From Pocillopora damicornis (taxonomy: Eukaryota): a stretch of 64,000 nt of DNA. Both the position numbers and the translations under genes were made by a program. The stretch lies in NCBI RefSeq assembly GCF_003704095.1, contig NW_020845410.1, positions 930,001-994,000 on the forward strand, read 5' to 3'. Numbering within the stretch: the stretch's first letter is position 1; each line of letters starts with the position of its first letter. Below the pieces are notes generated by a model, which saw only the letters and a program-made list of their open reading frames with translations, was not told the DNA's origin and did no database searches. Below are positions 40,101-54,891 of this stretch, in pieces.

Positions 40101-42198
40101 AAGCTGCATTATGTCAAATTGACTATTGAATGATAAAAGGCCAGTTTAGCATATAAACTGAAGTTCTCTTTCGTTCATAGAAATGTAAATACATGAATGA
40201 AAATAACAGGTGCATGTCATCATATGCAGGATATACATTCATTGTTTTTTTCCTTACCTTAATGTCGTGGTTTATACTCAACTTCGAATTATCGACGGCG
40301 GAGGTAAAACTCTGAGTATTGAGCAATCACTGGTACCATCAAGGCTACCCAGCCCTTTTTCAAAGAGTCTCTCGTTCTTAAATGATAAAAGTGAAAAATT
40401 GCAGTTTGGGGCACAGTTAAAACAGCCTTCCTCACATATTCATTCACTCGGTCATGTTCTCTGGTCGCGCGTGAATCAGCAAAATCTGTCTCGGACGACG
40501 AACTTTCTCGAGGTTGGTTGTTAGTATCTTAGGCAATGACATGATGAACACGCACGCTGACAGAGCAGATTTTTTTATATGTTTACTTTCGTATAACATA
40601 AAAATATCAAATTTACGGTGATGACTTAATAGTGAGTTCATAATCAACCAGTTATTAATATCTGGATGTTTTTTACCTAAAAACGGGCTGATATCATTGG
40701 ACACATTTGCAGATTAAAATACGTGACTACGAACAACAAATGGTTTATACGTCGAGTCATCTCCATGCATGGAACTTTTTTTTTATTTCCGAATTCCATG
40801 TATGACAAGAATGAACTCCTTGCCAGCCTGTTCCAGGCTTCCAGTTAGTTAACGGTGCGCGATGGCCGTTTGCACGCAGATAAGAACTGAGTCTGTTCGC
40901 GACCCTCCTCAAACTTCTGTCCCTTTTTCTGCTCAGCGCGATTATGGTGCTGCGTTTACTAAGTAAGCGTATTGAACAGGCCAACTTCTCATAAAATTTT
41001 GCCAAATTTTAAGTTAAAATAATGATAAGAAATGCTAGAATTTTAGGGGAGTCTTCTCATTTCTTTTACTTAGAGATACTGAGTGGATTAACCACCAGTT
41101 CTTAGTATGTGTCAATAATGAGATTTATGATCATCTGTTGGCTGAATTTGCTTTTAGATGTGAGTGAAAAAGTGAAGGGATAATGTCGCATTCATACCTT
41201 ATCGCTGAGTGTAACAGACTAGTGGGGTTGGATGGAGACCACCAATCCAAAATGCCGCGGTCCCCTATAATGTTCATTTGCCAAAGTGACGTAATCGAAT
41301 AATCACCCCAAATATTAAAGACGAACAAAAACTTTTGATAAAACATGGAAATTATTTACTTATAATTGACTTTTTAATTCACATTACTAAAACGAATGGC
41401 TTAAATTCTGAGTGTACCTTTTTGAAAGGTTTGATAAATGTACAAAATGTCGATGACTATTTACAAGATGAAGTCTATAAAGATATATGTTGAACGCTTT
41501 TAAGTAGTTGCCTTAATCTTAAATGTTTACTTTTATAAGTATATTAGATAATTATTTACTAAGGTGAGTAAAGATAAGAAATTTAGTTTTGTTATCTATT
41601 TTTGAACTTGATGTCCGGTTATTCCTCTCTATCAATATGATCCTCAAGCGTTTTGTTTTTCTGTTTAGTCCAGTCATCATGATAACGAGGTGCTAAGTAA
41701 GCATCTAAATATAGACTAGATTTGTTTTTCTATACAACTGGTTTGGACTTTTAAGTACAGGTGTATTTTGAATACAACTCATCGCGACAATGAAATAAGT
41801 AAAATAAAAAGCGACTCCGACTTTCTCACAACCTCACTACGGTTTTTATGAGCTGGAATAAAAAAAGATTTATTTTCGTAAATTAACCTACGAGGAAGTT
41901 AGATGTCTAAAAAATCAATCCCTCGGCTTTGTTTCACTTACTTGCTCGTCTTTGTACAGAATTGGAAAGGTAATATTTTTAAAAAAATTATGAACTAATA
42001 AATGAGTGCTGACTGCACAAGCGAATTATTTATATTCCGGTGTGTATGAAAGGCGAAAATCGTAGCGTAAGCATAACCTTTAGGTAATGTCAATAACTAT
42101 AATATCTTGAAAGACGGTGCTGCTAAAAGTACATTTAGAGTGTGAGTTTCCTCTGTACAGAATGTTGTGTAATACGAACAACACGAATGTGTTATGAA

Positions 42199-44729
42199 TC
42201 AATACTTGTCTCTGGGGAAACATTCGTAAAGAGATCTCTTGTGCTTGCTGAGCTGCGATGCTTGTGAAAATGTTTTGTAGCACTTGTTGCAGGTAAAAGG
42301 CCTTTCTCCAGTGTGTGTTCGGACATGATTGTTAAGAGTTGTTGCTCCGGCGAAAGTACGTGAGCAAAATCCGCACTTGAATGGTTTTTTCCCAGAATGA
42401 ATGACAGCATGCGTGCGCAGCTCGTTTGGATGCGCAAACTCCTGCGAACAATGGCCACATTGGTAAGGCCTGTTTGGATTCCTTGCACAGATGTGCATTT
42501 GAAGCAAGCTGCGCTGAGCGAAAGACTTGTCGCATTGACCACAATGCCAGATCTTTGGCTCGCCATTTTCCAAGATGAATTCCCCATCAGCAACACGAGG
42601 CCATTCACACGGCAACTCCGTCTTGTCATGAAGGTCCTTGAGACGTGCTTCCTCCAATTTTCTAAGCATCTCCTTGGGTCCGTCAGTCTTAGGCATGTTC
42701 TGTATTTTCGCCCTCTTGTTGATGCCATTACTTTCCTCATGTTTCCTCTTGATGTTTTCCTTTTGAGCCTGTTTGTTTACATGGACCTCTCTTTCTGTCG
42801 CCCTTGGAGTCTGCGCAGTTCTTGTAGGAGGCGAGTCAAGTGGTGTATTCCTATTAGAAGATGTTTGTAATTGAGGAGAGGCCTGTTTTACTGCTGTTAT
42901 TGTCGGAGGAGGAATGGGGGAGACCTGATGTCCATCTGTATTGGTCGTTGCCATTACCGGGTAAGGCCTGGACCCTAAAGGGTAAAGTGCACTAAAGTTA
43001 GAATCACTGTCGAACTTGGAAAACTGCCTGACAAGTTTTACATTTCTTGTTATTAATGCCAAAATCGTTATTAATTTTTGTCTAAGCCATTCACTTCCCT
43101 GTCAATTAGATCATTTTTCTTCCAACGTTGACAGGTGGGAATAATTAAAGGGTATTATCGAAACGAAGGCGATATAGCCAGTTGTGTGGCATTCTGTTTG
43201 TGTCCTCGTTAGAGGCAACGAGTATGAAAGAGATGTCGAGAAAACCTGGACTTACCCATTGAATTCAAGTCATGAATGCTCATCGGAATCCCAAAGTATT
43301 GTGGGTAGATATCTTCGTACCATACAAGCAGCTCTGTTCCTATAGGAATATCCCTGAATGCTCGGTAGTAAATGTTGGCACAGTACTGGAAAGCGAAGAG
43401 ATTTTGCTCGCTTCTGTGGCGGGCACATTTGATGAATCGCATCCAGCTGGACGAGTTCTCGTCCGTTGCATCGAGATAATACAAAATTTGGCCTTCTTTG
43501 TAGATCTAAAATGAGGAAATGTCAAATTTAAGTCATCCATCGAAACGCAAGCACAATGGAAAGTTTTTTATATATTCTGTTTGCTGTGTTGGAATGGTTA
43601 AATTCTATGTAAACCTGCGACATTAGTTGATGAAGAGAGGAGAAGTAGTCTGACAAGTAAATTGACGAGCAGAAAGCAAAGTACTTTCCATTCAATCATT
43701 CATCGTAAAACTGCACATCCTGGAAATCCTGCTTTTAAGCTTAGCTTCCAGGTTTAAAAAAAAAATACTTTCCTCAATACCTAACTTGAAACTATATATA
43801 AGTTTTTGTCTCGTACCTCCCACAAAAAGGAAGAGTCCATATTGGGTTTTACATCTTCTGGATTAATCCGTTTCCCCTCATACGGTCCAATCCACGTTCC
43901 GACCGGTATGTGTTGTTTGGCGGACACTCCATATTTCTTGCCAGGAATGCTGGACTTACACAACTGAACTACATCTGGGAACGACTTCATGGCGTAGCTG
44001 TTCAAGTCCCCTGGAACGCTCGGCTCTGATTGGCTAGAAGGAGGATGAACAGGGCAGCGGATTGTGTAAATCTTGTTACAGATCCTGCAAACTGAAGAAA
44101 AGAATGAGATTTTAATTTCTTCCTAACTTCAGCGATTTTATATATATATATATATGTATATTCACTCCAAAAAATCGTTACGTTTTTTTTAAATCAAAAT
44201 TCTTTCCGAGAACCATTCGCTTCTAAATTTACACTTTATATTTCCTATGATTTAGGCTTTAGGTCGTACAAATCCACAACGAAATTAAGAAACCTTTTTG
44301 TATGTTATTGTTGTCGACATATTTCGGGTTTGGAAGTGATTCAGCCAAAACGGAAATCGCTCGACTAGTCATTTTGGAAAAGAGCTAGGTTAACAGAATA
44401 GTTTTCTTCTGAAATTGGCGCTGGCCTCTTAGAAAGCAAACAAGCTGTAAATAATAATTCAAACAAACAATCATGTCTGGAAAAAACAACATCAACCTAC
44501 ACGAGGATGGCTTGTCCATTCCTGTACCGTTTTCTTCCAGTTTCTTGTTCTTATACTCTTCAATATTAATCGTCTCAACATTTCCAGTCTTCTGGTGCAG
44601 ATAATTATACAGGTCCTCGGCAGTGAAGGAAAAAATCCGTGGTTTTATTGCTTCTTTATGCTGTTTTGCCTTGACAGTGCTCAGATGTGGTCTCGCAAGT
44701 GTCGTCTTTTCAACAGTGGATGCCTGCAT
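42199..44729 (-). CDS. PRDM6: PRDM6-family PR/SET zinc-finger protein, copy F (~509 aa; start uncertain)
   Basis: Exons 44729-44501 ([13 protein letters not shown]; donor position uncertain), 44091-43817 (CRIC-x7-CPVH, GPYEG), 43505-43256, 42974-42199. Total 1530 nt, in frame. The ATG at 44729 overlaps a pyrimidine tract plus CAG acceptor (exon would start at 44723), so an upstream exon is possible; one candidate is ATGATG|gtaagt at 48889-48884. Confidence 0.88.
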
Positions 44730-47700
44730 CGTAAGAAAAACAGTACGAGTGTAACTATAGGAATAGGATCACTTAAGTGAAGACACGATAAATATATATG
44801 CCGGTCATATACAATGCGGTTTTACTACTACGCTAAATCCTCACGCGTCACAAAATAAAAATAGCAGTACGGGGAAGCATTAAGTCAATATATGAGTTAT
44901 ATATTGGCTTCTGTTTACTATACTGACGCGTGTTTTTTGTGTGCTATTGAAAATCGATAAAGCGATAAGTTTTGTAACATCATCAAACAGCAATTTTTTA
45001 TCCAAACCAAACCAAAATTTAGAAACAACAGCAAAAACAATTACAAAGGCGGTTAACTCTAAACAAATTCTTATTGTTGTCAGAGACTCCTGGTGCGTAC
45101 ATTTACTTGGCATCACAGTCCAAAGCTGTTTTAAAAGCAATTATTATGTGTTTTTGACAAAACTACAGCATTGCTCATTGCAATATTTGGAGAAAAAGGG
45201 TTATGTTTCACATGAGAAACGATACAAAATAAAACTCATTGGCGTTTAGTTCAATGACAATTCGTTTCTAAACAACTATCATTTGAAATCAAGATACAAC
45301 TCAGTGTTTTTTCTTGCTTTTTCAGTTTGTACCAGTTTCCTCGCCTTTATAAGAGGAAAATTTGAATCAAGGATTCGTTTGAGGTGTGTCGGTTTTGCTG
45401 TCCAGGGGTCCAATTGTTGCTTGTAAGCGTTGCTTAGGTAAGGCAGCACTTGGGGTTATTTGGGGCAGGAAAGAGTCATCATTAGATAAAATATTAATGA
45501 TTTGTTTTTGCAGATTTGTATCATTTCAAAGTCGGGATTACCTCTGCTCACGTCAGCGCTGACGCAAAATAAGCGTAAAATGAAAACAATTAAAATCCAT
45601 TTATACGATGTTTGATCAATCGGAAAATCAGCCTAGGTATCATAAAAAAACTAAACAATTGTCAAACTACCTTATATTGGTATAGCCAAAATGATTTATT
45701 TGTCCGCCAAATATTTAATTGCGTTTCTTGGTTTCTATCACATGAAGAGTTTTGAGGTGGAATGGATAGATGGCGCAAATGTTTCCTTCACATTTTGGGA
45801 GAAGATTTCTCAATTTTTTTAATCTACCAATGAAAAAAAAGAATTGCTTCAGTGTTCTCTTTGGAGGAGTTGACAGTCAGGTTTTCTGCTGCTCAAGTTA
45901 TCAATATCGTAGCTGGATGTATTACGAAAGAATTCAAGGAAGAAGAAACTTCAGTGAGGGAATGATCCTGTAGAAACAGATGATCATGTAAAAAATGGGA
46001 AATTTCCCGAATTTCTTGTCTACAGAAGTTGAAAATGTACAACTTGCATTTAACTGTTCAAAGATATATAACAGCTCCCTTGATAGTTGACATCATGGAC
46101 TGTTTTTAGCGCAATCGTATTTTTTACTCACAATCTCTTCTTAGTAAACAGGAAATCTTTGTCGCTTTCTCCGCGCCGGACATCAGACCAACTAAGCTTT
46201 ATGTGATTATCTCTTAGCGATTTCCCACGCTTGTAGAATTCCTTGTAGAATTAAGAGCTCTGACTGTAACCCCCTTTGTGAATGATCTTACCCAGGTAAA
46301 ACGATTATCGATAAAAATTGGCATTATTAAGAGGCAATACTTGTTGTTATGTTATGAAGCACACTAAAAATACTCTGGGCCTTTGCTATGGTAACCTGGC
46401 AAAATTCTCGAAAAGGCTTGAAACTTACAGGGAATTTTACAAATTAAACTTTGCCCAATGGTTTAATTGTAAGATTATTTAATGATGTTGTTATACCCAC
46501 GTCACATTTCACTTTGACGTAAAGGAACCAATGATATACATTGCAAGTGTATTTAAAACTAGTCATTAATTTTGATCTTAACAATGAGCCTTAGAACAAA
46601 CAAAAGATACCTCAATAGCATTGCAGGTGACGTTGAGATCTGGGTTAATAATGACACGTGCATTAACCTCAGCCAAAGTAAACGGTCTCATGATTTGAAA
46701 GAAAAAGCGAGAAAAACAGCGTACGTGACCTCTCCCAAAGTTATCTTGATTTTGATATTTTTGTGCTGAGTGAATTTGCCAATAACCAAAATATAGTTCA
46801 ACAACAATTAAAAGTATTTTTTCTAGCTCTATGCCATCGTCTTGTCTTACTTGAATCAATATATTTAAAAGGCCAGTATAGATATAGTGGTCTCATCATA
46901 ACAGTTGAAGATATATCGAGAGATAAATATTGGAGTCAACAGCAATGTGTCGAGACTGAGTAAGAATGAGGTAACTGTGGAAGTATGAGAATTTTTTAAC
47001 TGGATTGTAGATGAAAAACAAAAACAACAACAACAACTTTCGTTTGCAAATGAATGGAGATGGTTTCCTTGACTTGTATCATAGGCATGAGGAATAGTTG
47101 CTGTGTTTTACCACCAAACTGTTTCACTTATCCAATTATAACAACTCGAGATATTGTACTTTGTGTTTTAAGGACAGACGGAGCAGTCAAAGGCGACGTC
47201 TGTCTTAATCAGGTATTATAGGTCTTGAAATAGTGCCAAAAGATAATTTCGTCTGACTCGTGTATCTGGAAAAATTTTCTATACTGAAAAAAGACCGGAA
47301 TTTTTTTCCCGGATCAGTAAGAGTCAACACAATTCATATTTTACGAAGCAAATTTGTGGCAAAGAGATCAAAATTTGCACCAAAACAAGACACGAGGAAA
47401 TTGTCCATTTGAAGTTAATGTTGTTTCTGAAAAATATTGCGACTTCGCTGTCTGCCGCTTCAGCCAATACTACAACACTACAAGTTCTTTAAAAATCAGC
47501 ACTGTAACAAATAAAAGCCTTCATATTCCAAATATTGGCTGTCATTATTGGATATATTGTCTGTTTCATCTCCAAGCGAATTACTCTGCTACGAGTCGCT
47601 ATACACTGTTTACACTATAATGTTTTCTTCGGTTTCCAAGTGACAAAATAGCAGAACAAAAAGTCCACTATAAGTGCTGCTGATTATTATCCCCTTTTGG

Positions 47701-50700
47701 CCTTAAAATAGTTTGTTTGACGCTTTGATTATCCAAAATAGGAAAACTTTTGTGATTAATTTATCTCGTCCAATAAAAAATAAATTTTTATAATGGACTG
47801 TTATAATTAACATTACATCATATTTTAAAAATAATATATTTATTATTTGAAGCTATGATTTTTTATCTCAAAACTAAAAGTAGACGTCCTGAACTTTCGA
47901 TTCTTGATTAAAGAAAGTGAAAGAAATTTTGAAACTTGCAAGATTAAGTTTAAAGCTGTCATGTAATTTTATGTATAAAACATTGATCATTTGTTGCGAA
48001 TTCAGATGGACATAACACACTGAAAAGTGATTCATCAGAGTTATATAATCCCTTGTTTCAAATGTCCTATGGTTTTTTTATCTTCTTATCTATTTTGTGA
48101 TGTTGTCAAAGTTTTTGCAACTAAGCAAGATACAAATTCTTAACATCAATAAATTAGACAATAGTTTCTACAAGGATTTACTGAATAACTTGCATTTCAT
48201 AGATTTTTTTAAGACAGTGACACCAAAATATAGCAAACAGGTTATTGCTCAATTCTGAAATCCGCTTTTTTAATGCGCCGAGTAACAAAAGTGAATTCAG
48301 CTTCATTGATGAGGTAACCAAAACAGTCGAAAGTGAATCGAGTGCCCTTGAGCGCACATTTCTGGCGTGCAGAAAGTAATTAATTTTCCACTCCAATGAT
48401 TGCACATGTTTTTGTGAATAGGAACGCACTCATGCGTGAATTGCAGGAGTCGGCCACAACACGTAATACAGTGCCTCTACTTTTCAGCATTAGTTCTAAT
48501 ATTGAATAATCCATCCATTAGGCGCCTGACTGCTGGCACTAAAAATATCCGTTTATCTCCAAAGCAAGGAAATTCAGAATAAAACGCTCCACGACGAGGA
48601 TTTAAATAATAATCCGAAACAGGAAAAAAAACCAAACTCGTCGGGTGTTGTTAAGAATAGAAACTAAGGTAGCTCTATTACACAGGTAACTTTATGGCAA
48701 AATGAACATCGCTTCATGTAGAAGAGTTACGTCGTACTAATAAAAAAAGCAAGTAAAATACGTTTCGTTCTTTTAACCGCTATGAAGGCAAGCACTATCT
48801 TGTTTTCTGTTCAGTAATGGCTCAATTCTCTGTCATGGTCCGTAAGTTGTATAAACTTTATCAGTTTCGGCGCGAAAACTTACCATCATCTTTCTGTCTG
48901 TAAACTGCGTCACTAGACAAGTAACTTGTTCCTCTTCAAAAATCTTTAGATTTCCCCTGTTGCACAAAGATTAAAGAGAATCTGATGATCTTGGCTCTGA
49001 ACGCGATTTGTGGAAGCGTAGACTATAACTTAACTTGTTCACCCCCGAAACTAACGTCTCACAACTGGCGTGCGTCGTAGAATACACTGGGCTATTATGA
49101 TGTCAAAACTGGTTTGGCCGTTTCGAAAACAAGTGATCATGTGTCACTTGTTATGGTAATGGTTTATCACGGTTGATGGAACAAAGATCTTTCTAAATAC
49201 AATATAGACAATAAAAGGGAAAAAAACAACTTAAGTATTAATTAACGAACTTTCATGCAGACTAGATAATTCGATTCTAACTATAGGTCAATTTTATTAA
49301 GTTACGAAGAGCGCAAGTTCTTCGTGGTAGACGAGTCTTTTTCAGTTGCAAGAGATATCTCTTGAAGTGCAGAGGCTTTTGCGCAGATGGGCTTAAATTG
49401 GTTTTTCGCCTGCGGGTCAGGCTTCCCTGAGTTCGCCTTTTTAGGGCTTTGTCTCAACACGTTTCGAACTTAAGAATTTAGCGTCAAAGAAAGACGCTTT
49501 TGTTAACGAAACAGAATTTAATATCATGTGCTTTTGTGTTCGTCTTTTCTACGCATCGCTTACTTCCAGCTGCTTTCAAAAGTTTTTCCTGTTTCGCTGA
49601 AATAATTAACCGATAGAAAATTCTCAGGTTTTGCAATGAAATTACTGGCCCAAAACGAGCACTGATAAAGCATACCCAAGATATGCGCGTACGAACGGTC
49701 CTCATGCAAAGCTCTGATGATCAATATTGTCACAGCAATTTCATTTTCGTCGTTTTAAATTGATCCATTCAGTTCGCTTTCGTTAGCATCTCAGGTGCTA
49801 CCTTCAATTGCTAAAGTAAACTCCAAGTTTAATGAATGTGGTTTGGGTAAATATATCGATGCTCTGTATGTAAACACGAGGTACTTAATATTTCAAAGAC
49901 TTTTCCCAAGACAGGAATGCCTTAACACAAAGGCAAATTACTTTTCGAAGGTGCAATATGAACGAAAACATGAACTGGTTTCCTGACAGACTTACAAACA
50001 ACAAGACAGGAAAAAAAATAACATTATTGGAAGAGAATATTTTCAAATTTCTCAGAAACATTTGAAAACCGTATCACCCGCTCTTTTGCATACGATAGAC
50101 GGTTTTATTTCAACTCAGATAGTTTTCTTCTCTATATTGGTTTTTGATAGTGTTTTCCCGGTTGATTGGTAAAGATTCTGTTATCTTTCCCTCTAATGTC
50201 AACTCGACTTACACCGATAGGTCATGAAATTGAACCTTACCGTTCTTAATCAAAGCGTGAATTAACATGAAAAAAATTCTGATTATTTAGAAAACTATGC
50301 GATGAAATATAAAACTGCATCTCGTCATATTCGTCATATTTCCAACATGAAAACAATATCATTTTTATGCCGCTAAGCAGCACGTTATCGATTTTTTTCT
50401 GAAACCAATATAACCTCTTTTGTTATCCGATGGTTTTGTTTCCAATTGAATGCATCATTTCGACTGAGTTCCGCATTGCCCGACTTAATTATTGTAATTA
50501 CTGTGCCTGCCATGCCAACATCAAGAGCTTCGTACCAAAAGGAACTCTAAAATGGACGAAATCTTCTAGAGTTTTCTTTGTAACTCTATAGGAAATAAAA
50601 GCAAATTGGTAGACTCTTCTTTAAAGCGTTGACGACGTCATCACTTCTAAATTTGTAAAGATTTTGTTGTGCGTCTGGTATGTAGTCAAGTTCAAACCAG

Positions 50701-53286
50701 TCAGATTTTCTCAGCCTCGACCAAAAAAGAATTCACGATTTAATAGATTATACTGAGCGGTCAAACTTTGAGAAAACTAGCATTCATCTTCTTGAGATGA
50801 ACATCATCTGCAAAAGTACATGATTGAGCACGTCTCATCTTAAATGAACGCGTGATTAGTCAAGCTTGGAGTCAAAAATGATTGATGCTGTTTAGTCATG
50901 CTTGAGCTTCGACCCTCTTTACAATAAGCCCTGACTCCATCACAATATTATTTCGAAAATTATTCTAAAAACTATTATTTCAAAACAAATTTACGTTTCC
51001 AAACAAATGAGCGGATTTTACTTTAACCTTTGGAATTTAGGTAGTTTGTAGACTTTTTGATTAATCGTTTGTAATTCTAACATTACTCGAGATAAGTTCA
51101 CTGCACTGCGATATACTTGTGCAAAACCCGCCTTAAACGACAGACAAGTTGGCTCTTATTTCTCATGTTTCGATGATAATAATAATATTACTAATAATAT
51201 TAATATTTTCGATGATAAAGTTTGATGTCCTGTTTGTTTTTGACGCCTTTCGTGTCATTTCTCACCTTGAAATATTTAATTGCGCTCAATTATCATATCA
51301 CAGCATTGAGTAGAAAAAAAAACAACAACAATAGAGCAGAATCATCAAATTAAAAGCAAATCTATGTCAGAGAAACATTTGTCCACCGATCTGCTTACGA
51401 GATCTGATAAACACCGCGTGTGGCTAGCTGATATTAGTGGAGCTATCGTCCCATAAACTTTGGAAAGAACGGTACCTCCAGCAAACTAAGGCCGAACAAC
51501 CTAGGTACATAGCCATATCTTCAATATCTCGATGTTACGCAGACAGACCATGAAAGGAAACGGAGTGTCAAAGACTGTTCGCTTATAAACATTTTGTTTT
51601 ATTTAAGAGAAGGTTATTGCAGTTTAGACCTGACTTACACTGTATTTGATTAACTTCAAACGTTTTTAATTCACCTCGAATTTTAAATTTCAAAACCCAT
51701 TGAGTTTTATAAAGATGTTAAGCTATGGAAAACATCAAAAAAGTTATTCATAGCTGATGGTTTGAATATTTCGGCTCCGTTTGATTTTTTGCTTCCTTTG
51801 GTAAAAAGTGGTCAGTGCTTAATGAATATCTAGCACCTCACGTCGCTACAGCCTAAGGATACCAGGATTGAAAAAAAGTTCCGCTCTCAGGTCTTCTTGA
51901 TGAGTAGTGCGTAGGAGCTCTAACCGCCCAAAATTCCTGTTAAGGTGTTGTGCCACTTCAGATTCCTACGCGGCAAGCCTCAATTTCTAAACAACAATAC
52001 AAAAATTCCACATTCCAGACATCTTCATAAGCAGCATCAATTTATAAGCATAGCTCTGTTGTCAAATCCTGTAGATTTGAACTAATGATAATTCAAAGCA
52101 GGAATGTTTGCAGTTTACACTTTGCTGCACCTCATTGTTCGAGCCACTTGTTAAGCGAGCAGTTTTTCCGCTTTGATTGACGTCACGTCGTGAGAGTAAT
52201 TGCCCCGCTCGCCAGAGGCCAATTTTACGCCCTGTGAGTTTTCCTGTTTGTGCTCCGTTCACGCCGTTCTTAATGGGAAACCGAAAAACGCTTGAAATTT
52301 GCTGCAGATGAGTTTCGAAGCAGTGAATATAGTTTTTATTTTAAAACCTTCGGGGAACATGTTCTGAAAGTTTTTGAACGACACGAGTACTTCTTATCAT
52401 CAGGCATTTGTAGCAAGGTGGGACAGGAAGAACGCAGAGGCTTGTCAAACGGATGTGATATTGCAAGTGTTCAATATTTCCAATGAACTTGAAAATCAAT
52501 AAGTCTACAAACAACTTCATTATTTTGCTTGAGCTCATTTGAACCCCCCAGATTGCTCATTTTCTTGTAGTAATAGATGAGAATTAAATTCTATTTTGAG
52601 ACTGAAAAGTTCTTCAAAGGGTCACTAAATTTATGTTTATTTAAAGAACTTGATCGTGAAAGAAGGCGAGGCGAAAGGTTAATTGCACTGTCGTAATAGA
52701 TATGATGAATATATTACTACGCGGAAACAGTATCTCTATTTATAAGTCAATCTGGTTAGTCTTAAATTTCCAATGAAGTCACAGTGCAAGCAGAGCAAAA
52801 CCGCATAAGTTCTACAAATGTGTAATGCGATGTGATACTGTCATGAGAAACTGCAAGTTGCTGATCACATCGGTCAGTTGTTTACATAACTGGAAACTAA
52901 TCCTGTATCATTATAACATCTCAGTCTTTTCTTATCTTCTGATCTAATTTCGTCATAAATAACATACATGAAAAATTTTTTATCCTCTTTGGCAAAGAGA
53001 AATGCAGGTTCAGCTGACACGATATAGAGGAGGGTTGATTCGGGGCAGTAAAGGATTATTCGGTGTAAAAGATAGTGACAATATGTTAAGCCATGCGTTG
53101 AACTTTTTTTGCGGTTAATAATTTATCATACATTCAGGAAATTGTTGTTTTGATTGAAAGCGACCGTTTTGACCATAAGCACAGGGTTTAAATAAATTAT
53201 TTTTTACCGTGACTCGCGCGCTTTGCTTCTGCATAATTAAAAAAAAATATTTATCGAATTTTTTTTTTCGTGTATATAATCAATAA

Positions 53287-53447
53287 GTAATCACATGATA
53301 TTTCCCTGGCAATTTGGAATGAATGACGCTAATAAATTTTCTTAAAGAACAGAAATTGCACTTTCCCACGGGCTTGTGCATTTTGCTGGTTTTTGAAAAA
53401 AATTGCTCGTTATTCAATCCAAATTGCACTCGAAATTATGTGATTAT
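53287..53447. repeat. Degenerate palindromic MITE-like element
   Basis: taatcacatgatatttccctggcaatttggaatgaat is inverted relative to attcaatccaaattgcactcgaaattatgtgatta. Confidence 0.6.
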
Positions 53448-53646
53448 GTGAACGCTGATTCGGTTAGTACTTAGGATGGATATTGTGAATCACCCCCAGA
53501 TCTTATTATGTGTCAATCGTGATCAGTATTAATTTTTATGTGCAGGGGAGATGAAATGCTCTCACCTAGTTTCGAGTGCGTGTTCATAACACTTACGAAG
53601 CGGTAAGGCCAAATGGATTGTTCAACAGTAAACCCATTGATTGATA

Positions 53647-53845
53647 GAGTAATCTAGTGTTATCAACTGAGTTGATAACGTAAATTGGCCATCGTAGAGA
53701 GTTTAAAGGTTAACGTTTCGAGCGTTAGCCCTTCGTTCGCTCTGACGAACGTCAGACTTTAAACTCTTTACGGTAGCCAATTTACGTTATCAACTCAGTT
53801 GTTAAAAAGAAATTACCCTGTTATACTCTCCCACTGACGCAGCAC
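53647..53845. mobile_element. Decayed second copy of the hammerhead-bearing palindromic repeat
   Basis: Shares caactgagttgataacgtaaattggcca, cgtttcgagcgttagcccttcgt, ttacgttatcaactcagttg and aaattaccctgttatactctc with 33569-33826; both hammerhead cores are damaged. Confidence 0.8.
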
Positions 53846-54891
53846 CTGAAAATGAGCATCATGTTCTTCAACGGGTTTCGAACCCGTGCCTTGGCCTCAC
53901 CTTTCACCTGGAAATATCATTTAGTTTCCATTTTATTCCGAGAATTTCCGTTGTGTATAATATGTTGTCAGCCTGACATGATAATTCAAAGTGATCTAAG
54001 TGAGATTTTTACGCCCTGTTATTTGCTCCAAAGTTCTTGTATGTCACAAATGAACTAATATACACCAATATGATAACACTTGCGCGAAAATGTTATCTAT
54101 CCTGTAAATTCTTTTCAACCGCAATAGTACTGGTTATATCACAAATATGAACAGCTCTTGAAGCAATGCAACCGATATAGCTATAGCAATTAGGTTAAAT
54201 TATCTCGATATCTTATCAATACTTTTTCATTAGCAGGCCGTATTTGCTCCTCATAAACAATACAGTGTTCGCCTCAAACGAAGCTTGTACAGCTCAAGAT
54301 AATTTGGTTTTATTAACTGAGTTGATAAATTATAATCGTCAATTAAAGGTGCACTACAACTAATAGCCTTTTTACATCAACGGCTTGTATACATAACCAC
54401 TTGCTAAGGATAATATTCAAAGACGCTGTACGCGTCATACGTCGGTAAATAACTATGATAATTAATAAAAGCCGTGCCGTGCCAAAACAGGTTTATTTAT
54501 TTTAATAAATTGCGTTAGAAATTTCAAAAATGAGTTGATTTGAATGTAAGCTAATCACATAGCCTAAAGAGAAATCCAATTCTTTTTACGGTGAAACAGT
54601 GAAATAAGTGGAATGTTTATATATTAGGGACACGCGAGAGAGAAAGAAACCAAGCCGAACTACAATACAGCGTTCTTCATCTAAAGAATCTACTCTAAAG
54701 TAAATAATTCAGTGGACATAAACATGTTACCTCCTGTACATGTGAAGCTAAGTTTAAGATTAAAATCCCCCTCGTTGTCATTCCATGGTGTTTTACTCAC
54801 TTCACTTGGCACATTATTTGTAATACATAATGAGAGTTATCATTTTTAAGATTTCAGTCAGGATGCAGCTAACTTCATTCCCTGAAAAATT

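Noticed and set aside
42192-42870. Overlapping alternative-frame and antisense ORFs (42192-42740, 42397-42870; similarly 19444-19770 and 54985-55326)
   Set aside because: Shadow ORFs of zinc-finger exons; their mutual similarity follows from paralogy of the real frame.
53860-53895. tRNA gene
   Set aside because: Only a T-arm/B-box-like motif on the minus strand; no full cloverleaf could be formed, so at most a SINE remnant.
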